Positions 1-9,416 of a DNA stretch of 32,857 nucleotides are shown here, in pieces. Every line of letters starts with the position of its first letter. Position 1 is the stretch's first letter. Made by a program: the position numbers and the translations under genes. Below the pieces are notes generated by a model. It searched no databases. It saw only the letters and a program-made list of their open reading frames with translations, and was not told the DNA's origin. Source of the DNA: Seison nebaliae (taxonomy: Eukaryota); assembly GCA_023231475.1 (NCBI GenBank), contig JALJEE010000809.1, positions 1-32,857 of the forward strand, written 5' to 3'.

Positions 1-1441
1 TTACCAAGAATCGGGACGGCAAGATTAGAAACGAATCACGGAAAGACAATCAATGTCCACGTAATAAACGACCATGTGTTGCCATTGATGGGAAGGCAAG
101 ACCTGGAAAAATTTGGAGTGCGACTAACATTCGAAGAAAACGAGAAAATCGAAGAGGATTGTACGGAAATATTTTCGAAAGATGATTTTGATTTGGGGCG
201 GATGAAAGATGTTGAGCACAAAATAACATTTCACACTGATTACCAACCTTTTAAAATAAGGAGAAGGAACTTCCCACCATGGAAAGAAGAAGAAATAGAG
301 AGACAAGTCGAAATGATGTTGGATAGGGGAATCATAGAACGATCGGAGTCGGAGTGGAGCAGTGAAGTAGTTTTAGCGAAGAAAGATGGAGGTAAATATC
401 GAGTGTGTGTGGATTATAGGGAGTTAAACAAGCTAACCAAAAAGGATGCTTTTCCGATGCCACGCATATCTGACTTAATAAATCAACTAGGAAGATTTAG
501 ATATTTTTCCGTATTAGATCTATCGAAAGGATGGACGAAAGAAGCAGAAAAGGAGTTCGAGCAAATAAAGAAAGAATTATTGAAGGATATCGAACATGGA
601 TTTCCACAGGAAGATAAAACATTCGATGTATTTAGCGATGCGTCGCAGACGGCAATTGGAGCAGTATTGGAACAAGAGGGCAAGATGATATCATGTTTTT
701 CGAGAAAACTGAGTACGGCCGAAAGGAATTACGCAACGATTGAGAGAGAAACTTTGGCAATGACGGAGGCGGTAAAAAAATCGCATGAATTTTTAGTGAC
801 GAAGAAGTTTAACATATGGACGGATCACAAGCCGTTAACATACATTCGGAAATTTAAACATGGAAATAGCAAAAGGTTGGAAAAATATGCAATGTTCCTT
901 GATGAATACGACTTTAATATTTTCTATCGTCCGGGAAAGAACCACGAAAATGCAGACGCTCTATCAAGAATAGCGTATATTGAAGGTAAATCGGAAGTCG
1001 AGAAGTGGCAAGATGAAAATGAGTGGTGCAGGAGATTGACCGACGAACTAAGAGGAGAAGAAGAGATAATAAGAAATGGGCAATCATGGAGACACAATGA
1101 TGGAGTGATAGAATATTTGATATTGGAGAAATGGTTCACTAATATTCCGGAGGAATATAGCGGAAGTATCAGAACAAATACATGACGAAGACAATGGACA
1201 TCCGTGCACGGAGGAAGAGAACCTGGAAATGAAATTTCTATTAGACGAATTGGAAACGGGCGAAGATGAAGAGGTAATGCTTAATCGGAACGGCAGCAGA
1301 GAGCGAGTAAGGGAGGTAGACGGGGATCGAAACAGAAAGGAGCGAGATAGAGGACAGGTGCGTCTAATTTATAGACGGAAATATGAAAGAATAAAGGATA
1401 TCGAAAATGATCAGCTAGAGGATGGAAACCCGAAGAAGAAA

Positions 1442-1591
1442 TGGTGTTGGTGCCACACAAGTCAAGGAAGGAAGATGATGGTCGAGTGTGAGAATCAAGA
1501 GTGCAACGTAAAATGGTTCCACATTAGTTGTGTCCGGGTGACAAAAAAGGACTTGGCGGGGGACATTAAATGGTTTTGTTCCCCGGAATGC
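1442..1591 (+). other. ING-like PHD finger (C4HC3) coding segment
   Basis: WCWCHTSQGRKMMVECENQECNVKWFHISCVRVTKKDLAGDIKWFCSPEC matches the ING PHD pattern YCxC...MIxCDNxxCxxEWFHxxCV...KWYCPxC. Confidence 0.9.
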
Positions 1592-1706
1592 GATCACTAT
1601 GGGCAATTAAAAATAATGGGGGAGAGGTGGAGCGGTGGTGGCTTAGAAGAGCTAAAGAAGAAGATGAGGAAAGAGAAAGCGAGAGATCAAGAGAAGGGCC
1701 TATGTC

Positions 1707-1718
1707 AAAAAGGAGAGA
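1707..1718 (+). other. Polypurine tract (plus-strand primer) of the retrotransposon
   Basis: AAAAAGGAGAGA, 12 purines, ending 3 nt before the TG that starts the candidate LTR. Confidence 0.7.
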
Positions 1719-1721
1719 TCG

Positions 1722-1830
1722 TGTAAAGAAAGTGACGAAGGACTACTATAAAAGAAAAGATCAATTTTATATCTATATATTCATATTTTGTTTTAAGAAT
1801 AAAGAGAGAAATCAAGTGATACTCGTTACA
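1722..1830 (+). repeat. Candidate 3' LTR (109 bp)
   Basis: Starts TGTAA and ends TTACA (5-bp terminal inverted repeat, TG...CA), immediately after the PPT. Contains TATATA (~1774) and AATAAA (1798). The 5' LTR is outside the window, so the direct repeat cannot be confirmed. Confidence 0.62.
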
Positions 1831-2255
1831 CTATCAATAAAATGTGATTATTAATATTGAGAAGAATCGATTCCAAATCATTATATGATAGTTGAACAAC
1901 CTTAATTTCCCTAATTTGATATAATTTGAAATCAGTAATATATAATAATAGAATTATATATTATATAGGGTTGATGGACTTGATTAATTTCGAATTAACT
2001 TCATTAGAACATTTCTATAGTTCCTGTAGTTTCCATAATCTATTTTCTTGAAAGTTTTTCAATCGAATTCGTAGAATGTTTGGCGTACACTTATAATATT
2101 CTTTCATTTATTTTAATTATTTATTTGGTAAAATTTATAAAGAACTTTTTATCATCGAATTATTGTTATTTTTAGTGAAAGATTAAGTGAAATTTGAAAG
2201 TTGAGAAGAAGATTCGAAGGAATAATAATAAAGTAAATTTGGTGGTAGAATCAGA

Positions 2256-2963
2256 ATGTCTGATCTCATTTCTCAAATTCAGGAGAAAGTGAATACTTTG
2301 GGAGCGATTATGACAAATGCAACGGGTATCATGAAAGAAACGATGCCTATTGGAAGTATGGATAAAGTGATGAATGATTTAATGAAAAGAAGAGGAAAAG
2401 CGAAAGCTCTTCGAGAAATGGGCAATCTCTCAAAAAAACATTCAGAAGGGAAGAAGGATGAAGAAATAGAAGACGAAGAAGAACTTGCGAAAAAAATCAT
2501 CAAACAAAAAATGAAAACGACAATTGATGAAAGAATTAATTCGAATTCAATAATTCAACTTCTTGATCGTGAATTTGGTGATCCTACATATATCGGATTA
2601 ACGAAAGAACAAGAAGAGAAGATTGAGAAGAACGTTGTCGATTTTTCCGTTCATTTCGGAGTGACTTTCTGTGAGATTGCCGATTTAATTGATCATCTTC
2701 CAATCGATAGTGATCTGTCATCGAAAGTGTATTGGGAGAAGTTAAAGGAACATATCGATCAGGACACAGATGCAAATGATGAAATTTTCCAGAAATTATT
2801 GAACGATGTGAATAGGGCGAGAAGATTTCTTCTCCTTCTTCAACAACAAGACAATTTGATGACTCATAAAATTCTCGATCTTCAGAAATATATGAATGCA
2901 AATTTTATGGATGGTGCTCTACATAAATTCGTATATCATTGTCAGAATGTTAAGAAGAAATAA
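2256..2963 (+). CDS. MED21: Mediator subunit 21 (MED21/SRB7)-like, with a long charged insertion
   Basis: The N-terminus MSDLISQIQEKVNTLGAIMTNATGIM resembles MED21 MxDRLTQLQDxVNxLAxxFCNAIGVL. The later FSVHFGVTFCEIADLIDHLP resembles FAxLIxxTAKDIDxLIDSLP and is followed by a coiled coil. A possible terminal intron 2949-3000 would extend the C-terminus to 3054 (uncertain). Confidence 0.65.
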   Translation: MSDLISQIQEKVNTLGAIMTNATGIMKETMPIGSMDKVMNDLMKRRGKAKALREMGNLSKKHSEGKKDEEIEDEEELAKKIIKQKMKTTIDERINSNSIIQLLDREFGDPTYIGLTKEQEEKIEKNVVDFSVHFGVTFCEIADLIDHLPIDSDLSSKVYWEKLKEHIDQDTDANDEIFQKLLNDVNRARRFLLLLQQQDNLMTHKILDLQKYMNANFMDGALHKFVYHCQNVKKK

Positions 2964-3184
2964 AAGAAATTATAAAAAGAAATATTATATTTCGAAAAAG
3001 TTTCTAAAAACATATTTGATAGAAGAATGGGAAAAGAGAATGAGGAAGTTTTAACGGGATATACGATCGTTCTAAAAGAAAGAAAAAGGTGAAGTTAAAA
3101 TCATTTTCAATTTCATTTCCTTTTTCTCAATTAGACAAGAATTTCCTTTTAAAAATTAATTAATCACTATTTATCTGTTTGAAC

Positions 3185-4373
3185 ATGTTCCAAGTGAATA
3201 CCGTCATCTCTACCATCGCCATTCCGAAGGATATGACACAAGAATTGAAGAAGTCCCTAAATATTATTGAAATTCAACATTTGTCGGAAGAGGAGAAATA
3301 TGAAGAAATTGTGAAACATAAAAGTTGCTCTTGAAATTTTTTGGTTGTTTGTTTATTTCATTCCGTTTTCAACATGAGAAGATTCATGTTTAGGCATTCT
3401 ATGTAGTGTTAATTTCAAAGTAACTAAAGAATTGCTTGGGAAACTTGACCAATTGAAAGTTTCTCTTTGTTTACCTTTGATTTTTTTTCGACAGTATCTT
3501 TCTTTCAGGTCGTATCAACGGCGTCTGTAGGAATCGATCACATCGATATTGGAGAATGTCAGAAATTGAATATTGCTGTTGGAAATACTCCAGGTATTTT
3601 GGATGATGCTACAGCTAATTTGACGATAGCGCTTCTCTTGGCAGTTTTAAGGTTTTAAGTTCAATTATCAATTGAAATAATGAGGAAATTGAAATGTAGG
3701 AGAATACCAGAAGGAATAAATGCGGTAAAAAGTGAAAATGGATGGAAAGCGGCACCTGATATGTTTTGGTTGACGGGCGGAAGTATTACTGGTCGAACAA
3801 TTGGTATATTAGGAATGGGAAGAATAGGAAAAGCAATTTGTCAACGACTCGTAGGCTTCGCACCGAAGAAGATAATTTACACGAGATCTAATTCTAAACA
3901 TGTCGTTCAATCGATGTATGATTTGAAGTCGAATTATTTTAATAGTCTCGCTATTCCAATCGAACAATTAGGATCGAATAATGATTTATTTAAATATTCG
4001 GATATTCTAATCATTTCTTGTCCTCTCACTGATGAGACGAGGAAATTGGTCAATAAGTTTCTCATTTCTCATCTTCATTTTATTCCTCATTTGAGTTTAA
4101 AGGAAGAGTTTAGCAATGATGAAATCGACATCTGTTCTTATAAATATTTCGAGAGGTGGAGTCATCGATCAGGAAGCATTAATCGAAGCACTTAAGATGC
4201 GAAGGATCGCTGCAGTCGGTTTAGACGTCTGTTCACCAGAACCGATATCACCATCACATGAATTGGTGAAATTAGATAATTGTGTAATGCTACCACATAT
4301 CGGATCGGCAGAGGTGGAATGTCGACGAGCGATGATTCGGAAAGCATTAGATACCATCATTCAATACGTTTAA
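3185..4373 (+). CDS. GRHPR: Glyoxylate reductase/hydroxypyruvate reductase-like D-2-hydroxyacid dehydrogenase, 5 exons
   Basis: Introns 3324-3381 (or 3378), 3459-3508, 3652-3699 and 4057-4102 give one frame. Motifs: LKVVSTASVGIDHID, VGNTPGILDDATA, GILGMGRIG (Rossmann), INISRGGVIDQEAL, GLDVCSPEP, LPHIGSA. Confidence 0.9.
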
Positions 4374-4542
4374 AAAGGTAAGCTTTCTTCATCCATGAGA
4401 ATGATTTGGTTATAAGAGAATAAAAATTAAAAATAATTAAATTTTTGATTTAAATTATCGAAAGAAAAATTGGAGGGTCGATTAATTGAAGAATTAAAAG
4501 AGAAATAAATCGTTTTCCATATTTTTCGTTTTCCGTAAATTG

Positions 4543-6528
4543 ATGAGTGGGAGAGATATGAAACGACGAAAGAGAAATGAGAAGAAATTGAAATTTCTCA
4601 ATGAGAGATATGGAATTCATTTTTCTGATTCTCTTACTAATTATCTGGTGATTGGGAATATGGGAATGCTTTTCTCTCATTCACGTCAACATGTCTCCGA
4701 AGAGATTATTTCAATTTTGAATTCATCACAATTATTAAATGATAACCGTTCAACAACAACAACAACAAGAGAAGAAGAAGAAGAAGATGATAATAATAAT
4801 AATAAGATAATGATGAAGAAGAAGAATTTGAGAATGGAAGAAATTCAAATAATTATGCCGTTTAATTCACCATATATTCTCATTAAATTTCCAACGGTTG
4901 AATTAACCGAATTATTCTTAAATTTCTTAATTCATTCTCGTTACGGATCATTCGTTCATGAAGATGTATGGTTGAATGAAATGAAAGAAAAGAAAAGAAA
5001 AAAAGAGAATGTGAGAGAGATAGAGGGATTGAATTTGTTGAGAGAGGTGTTAAAAGATGAGAGAGAAATCGAATGTCTCTGGTCTCTTTTCCTCTTGTCA
5101 CGAGAGAAACATGTTCAATTGAATAATCGAACTGTCTTACATTTTGGTAAGCGTTTCAATTATTCTGATAATTCTGCCACTACAATCAATGAAGCAATTC
5201 CTCAAATTCTCTTAAATCTCATTCGACCTTATTCATCTCAATTGCCTAATCAATGTACGATTAATGCTTATCGATATGGTGATCAAATACCACCACATGT
5301 CGATGATGTGAATCATTATGATGGAACGATATTCTCCTTCAGTTTAGGCGAATCAATTTCCATAAACTTCCAATCTATTGAAGATAATTCGAAAAAATTT
5401 TCATTAATTCTTCCTAACAATTCCCTTCTGATCATGAGAGGTGATAGTCGATACAAATGGAAACATTCCATCAAAATGGATTATCCACAAAACGTCTTTT
5501 CACTTACTCAATATCATGACGAACAATTCAAAAGATTATCATTCACCTTCCGTCGATTTTCTCCAAATATTCCGAATGTTGATTCCGATCTCATTCTTTC
5601 TGATCGATTGGCGAGTGTCGTTGAAGAGCGATATGTTCGTGAAGTTTATGAACAAATCGCTTCTCATTTCAGTGATACTCGACATTCGTGGTGGGGAGTA
5701 GTTCAACGATTCCTTCAGCGATATCTCAAATATCCTTTTGTCACTCTCATCGATGTGGGTTGTGGAAATGGAAAATATATGAGATGGAAATTGAATGAAT
5801 TCAATCCCAATTCATTTTATCATCATATCGGAATTGATTTCTCTCGTCAATTATTGAATGAAGCTAAACGAGAAATGTTTGAAGAAAGTGATGATAAATT
5901 CACTTGTCATTCATTTGATTTAATTCAAGGTAATTCACTAAATATGTCACTCGTTTCCGGTTGTGGCGATGTGATTATATCAATTGCTGTTCTTCATCAC
6001 ATTTCTACCACACCTCGTCGCATCCAATTTCTTAACGAATTAATGAGATTATTATCGACGGATGGTAAAGCTCTAATTACCGTTTGGTCGAACAATCAAC
6101 AACATTCGACATATGCGACATGTCACGAATCGAATGAAACGAAACGTCATCAAACAACATCATGTCATGACGATAATGCATCAATGACGGTAAATGAGAA
6201 GGCTGAAACGGTTAGAATAATATCGGATGACGGTGCGAAAGAGAGTGAAATATTATTGCCAATTCAAAAAGAGAAGAAATCATTTAATTTCGATGATAAT
6301 CTCGTACCATGGAAACGGAAAATTACCGAATCATCTTATCAGACATTCCTACGCTATTATCATGTTTTCGAAATGGAAGAGATTTATAATTTAATTAAAT
6401 TACACAACGAGCAACATCCCAACCGACATATCCACATTAATGATTTATTTTGGGAGGAAGGTAACTGGTGTTTTATTCTCTCTCATTCTAATAAATCCAT
6501 TTTAATTGGAGGACAAAGATCATTATGA
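4543..6528 (+). CDS. ALKBH8: ALKBH8/Trm9 tRNA wobble-uridine modifying enzyme (RRM-like + AlkB dioxygenase + SAM methyltransferase), apparently intronless
   Basis: AlkB motifs QCTINAY...IPPHVD...WKHSI...RLSFTFRR. Trm9 domain: EERYVREVYEQIASHFSDTRHSWW, DVGCGNGKY, ISIAVLHHIST..RR, LVPW, RYYHVF, EEGNWC. Confidence 0.93.
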   Translation: MSGRDMKRRKRNEKKLKFLNERYGIHFSDSLTNYLVIGNMGMLFSHSRQHVSEEIISILNSSQLLNDNRSTTTTTREEEEEDDNNNNKIMMKKKNLRMEEIQIIMPFNSPYILIKFPTVELTELFLNFLIHSRYGSFVHEDVWLNEMKEKKRKKENVREIEGLNLLREVLKDEREIECLWSLFLLSREKHVQLNNRTVLHFGKRFNYSDNSATTINEAIPQILLNLIRPYSSQLPNQCTINAYRYGDQIPPHVDDVNHYDGTIFSFSLGESISINFQSIEDNSKKFSLILPNNSLLIMRGDSRYKWKHSIKMDYPQNVFSLTQYHDEQFKRLSFTFRRFSPNIPNVDSDLILSDRLASVVEERYVREVYEQIASHFSDTRHSWWGVVQRFLQRYLKYPFVTLIDVGCGNGKYMRWKLNEFNPNSFYHHIGIDFSRQLLNEAKREMFEESDDKFTCHSFDLIQGNSLNMSLVSGCGDVIISIAVLHHISTTPRRIQFLNELMRLLSTDGKALITVWSNNQQHSTYATCHESNETKRHQTTSCHDDNASMTVNEKAETVRIISDDGAKESEILLPIQKEKKSFNFDDNLVPWKRKITESSYQTFLRYYHVFEMEEIYNLIKLHNEQHPNRHIHINDLFWEEGNWCFILSHSNKSILIGGQRSL

Positions 6529-7160
6529 AGAATTTTCTATTGATCGTCATTTGGAAGAATTATTTCATTCTAATGAATTCTTATAAATTATTCATAATTC
6601 AATCTCCGTTGGAGGAGGAGAAGATATATAATCGAAATAATGAAAATTAATGGTAGAAGATAATTGTGTTATTTATAGCAAAAAGGAAATGACGAAGAGA
6701 ATAATAGAATTTATATAGAGTCTATATGATAAATGATAGGTGAATATTTATTATGAAGATTGAAGGACATTAACCGTTTCAATTATTGTTGATTTCATAA
6801 TCGATAATTTAACATGCCACAACTCTCACTATTATATATGTCATTATTCTTTTTTAAGAGGAATTGAAAGATGTTTTATTCGTCAAATTATTTATAAATC
6901 ATTTTTCATATATAATCCTCGTTATTCCCTCCCTCCATTCGTTCGTTCGTTCATTTGTCAATGAGAGTGGTGAGAGACAGTTATATTGAAAAAGTGATGA
7001 TTATAAACGATGATGCTATTATGATAATTTTATGATTTTATTATTTTCATTTCTTCCCATTAAATCTTTCATTTATTACATCTACAATAACGTATCATTC
7101 AATCATTCATTCTTTATTGGACAGAAGTTTATTATATTTCTTCAAATCAACATTTTAGCA

Positions 7161-7184
7161 TATATATATATATATATATATATA
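7161..7184. repeat. (TA)12 microsatellite upstream of ALAS
   Basis: Direct read: tatatatatatatatatatatata. Confidence 0.9.
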
Positions 7185-7251
7185 AATATATACATCTTCC
7201 AAATAACATTACCATCACCTCCATCATCACCATCGTAATCATCAATAGGAG

Positions 7252-8978
7252 ATGAATTGTCCGTTTATTTCACGAATTCCCATTGGCATCGTGCGGAGTT
7301 ATGCACCATTCATCATGAAATTTGCTGTGAAATGTCCATTCATTCGTCGTATGTCATCTGCTGTTATTCCACCATCAGAACCGACGAACAAATCATTAAA
7401 TTGTGTCGATTGTAAATGTAGAGACGCGGGTGGCGAATTCAATAATTTCACTGAACTGAATTGTCCATATCTGAGGAAATCGATAGATCAATCAGATTGT
7501 GAGGAATTAGACGCGGCACAATGTCCATATCTCAATTCAGTATCCGTTCGACAAAAACAAATAAAAGGGAAAGAAGAAATCATTGAAGTGAAGACGATTC
7601 CGCGACAACGAGAAGAATCGCCGAACAAATTGATGAGAATGGATCGTCAACTGTCATTCGATTACAAAAATTTATTTGAGAAGAAAATTAATGAGAAGAA
7701 AAACGACGATTCTTATCGTGTTTTCCGTCAGATCGATAAGAGAACCGATTCATTTCCATCAGTTTCTCATCACTCCACAAACAAAAACAATAATCAAGTT
7801 GTTGTTTGGTGCAGTAACGATTATTTAGGATTGGGTACACATCCATTTGTTCGAGAGAAATCGATTAAAGCCATCGAAGATATTGGAACGAGTTCAGGTG
7901 GAACGAGAAATATTTCCGGGACGTTACCTTTACATGTTGAATTAGAGAGATCATTAGCGAATTTGCATGAGAAAGAATCGGCATTACTCTTCACTTCCTG
8001 CTACGTCGCTAATGACACGACACTTTACACTTTAGGGAAATTATTACCGAATTGTCAAATTTATTCTGATTCAGGAAATCATGCATCTATGATTCAAGGT
8101 ATACGGACAAGTGGTACAGAAAAATTCATTTTCCGTCATAACGACCCCCAACATCTCGACGAGTTATTGAAAAAAGTTTAATTTTCTCATATAATTATTT
8201 CCTAATTAATTTTAATTTTCTCTTTTTATAAAAGAATGGAAAAGATGGTCGACCGAAAATTGTCGCTTTCGAATCGGTCCATTCAATGGATGGATCTATT
8301 TGTCCCATCGAACAAATGTGCGATGTAGCTCATCGTCATGGAGCGATAACGTTCGTAGATGAAGTTCATGCTGTCGGTTTATATGGAAAGAGTGGTGGAG
8401 GCATCTCTCAATTATACGATATTCAACAACATTGTGATATTATCACAGGTACGATGGGAAAAGCTTTTGGAAATGTTGGTGGATATATTACTGGTAATTC
8501 ACTTTTAATCGATGTAATTCGATCTTATGCTTCTGGATTCATTTTCACTACATCATTACCACCATCTGTATTAGCTGGTGGTATTGCTGCTATTAAGATT
8601 AGTGGAGGAGCAGAAGGCAGATTATTAAGAGAGAGACATCAGAAAAATGTTGCTTATCTTAAACAACGTTTATGTGTGGATTATGGATTGCCTGTAATTC
8701 CTTCAATTTCTCATATTATTCCAGTACATGTTGGTCATCCGAAAATTTGTACTGACATCTGTAATCGATTATATCATAAACATCAGATTTATGTCCAACC
8801 TATAAATTATCCAACAGTTGCTAAAGGTGAAGAACGATTACGCCTTGTACCAACACCACTTCATTCGAAGGAGATGATGAATGATTTGTGTGACGCTTTA
8901 TCAGAATGTTGGTCAAATGTTACAAGTGAAAAGAAAGAGATATCTCAATTCAAACAAAGTGTAATAATGACAAATTAA
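7252..8978 (+). CDS. ALAS: Mitochondrial 5-aminolevulinate synthase, 2 exons
   Basis: N-terminal CPF/CPY heme-regulatory motifs; catalytic motifs VWCSNDYLG, GGTRNISG, NHASMIQGI, VDEVHAVGLYG, GTMGKAFG (PLP lysine), QPINYPTV. Intron 8176-8234 restores ...LLKK|NGKDGRPKIVAFESVHSMDG. Confidence 0.97.
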
Positions 8979-9416
8979 CTAATTTCTCCAAATGATTGAC
9001 GGAATTAGTCATTGGTTTCCCTTTTTTTCTACATTTTCTTTTTTACTCTTTCGAAAAATACATCGTAAAATTTATTTAAGAAAAAAAACCCGTTTTCTCA
9101 ATTTTTCTCTAACAATCCTTTCTGTGTGACATCTCGATTTAATACGGTATCGTTCTTCATTTTTTTTTTTCGTTTAAAAAATAATTTTTTATTTATTTTT
9201 CTAAAAAACAATATCGGAATTGTTTCTTCTTCAATTAAATCGAATGAACTGAATCAGGAAATAAATAAAGAAAAGGAGGGCAAATATTTCATCAACAATT
9301 ATCTAAATTCTGATTAGTTGGAGGAGTTGGAGGAGATGTGTTTTGGGGAAAAATAAGAATTGTGAAAAAATGTTGAATGATAATAATGATATCAATCCAT
9401 CTGTTGGGAATATATT

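Larger units (their letters stand above)
1..1726 (+). pseudogene. pol: Degenerate pol polyprotein: PR end, RT lacking its core, RNase H, frameshift, integrase HH start, PHD finger
   Basis: RT jumps from LDLSKG straight to WTKEAEKEFEQIK, with no YxDD. Near 1156 the frame shifts from IPEE (frame 1) to IAEVSEQIHDEDNGHPC (frame 2, His at 1181 and 1199). Frame 2 is continuous with ORF 1229..1726. No DDE core is present. Confidence 0.82.
1..1830 (+). mobile_element. Ty3/gypsy LTR retrotransposon, 3' portion, internally deleted (non-autonomous); pol with C-terminal PHD finger
   Basis: Frame 1 is open from base 1. It encodes a protease C-terminal motif (LMGRQDLEKFG), the RT N-terminal half (SEWSSEVVLAKKDGGKYRVCVDYRELNKLTKKDAFPMPRI...FSVLDLSKG) and Ty3 RNase H (DASQTAIGAVLEQ, NYATIERETLA, WTDHKPL, NADALSR). 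A purine tract and a TGTAA...TTACA segment follow. Domain order PR-RT-RH-(INT) is gypsy-type. The 5' part lies outside the window. Confidence 0.93.

Noticed and set aside
2005..2082. Heat-shock-element-like GAA/TTC arrays upstream of MED21
   Set aside because: Spacing is imperfect and such motifs are expected by chance in AT-rich DNA.
2949..3054. Extra terminal MED21 intron/exon (GTTAAG...AAAAG then FLKTYLIEEWEKRMRKF*)
   Set aside because: Size and donor fit, but there is no pyrimidine tract and no homology support. Left out of the counts.
3916..3945. Possible 30-nt GTATGA...AATAG in-frame intron in GRHPR
   Set aside because: Not required for frame and shorter than all supported introns. 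It was excluded from the splice-site counts; RNA-seq would be needed.
6900..7251. Iron-responsive element in the ALAS 5' region
   Set aside because: No CAGUGN-loop hairpin seen.
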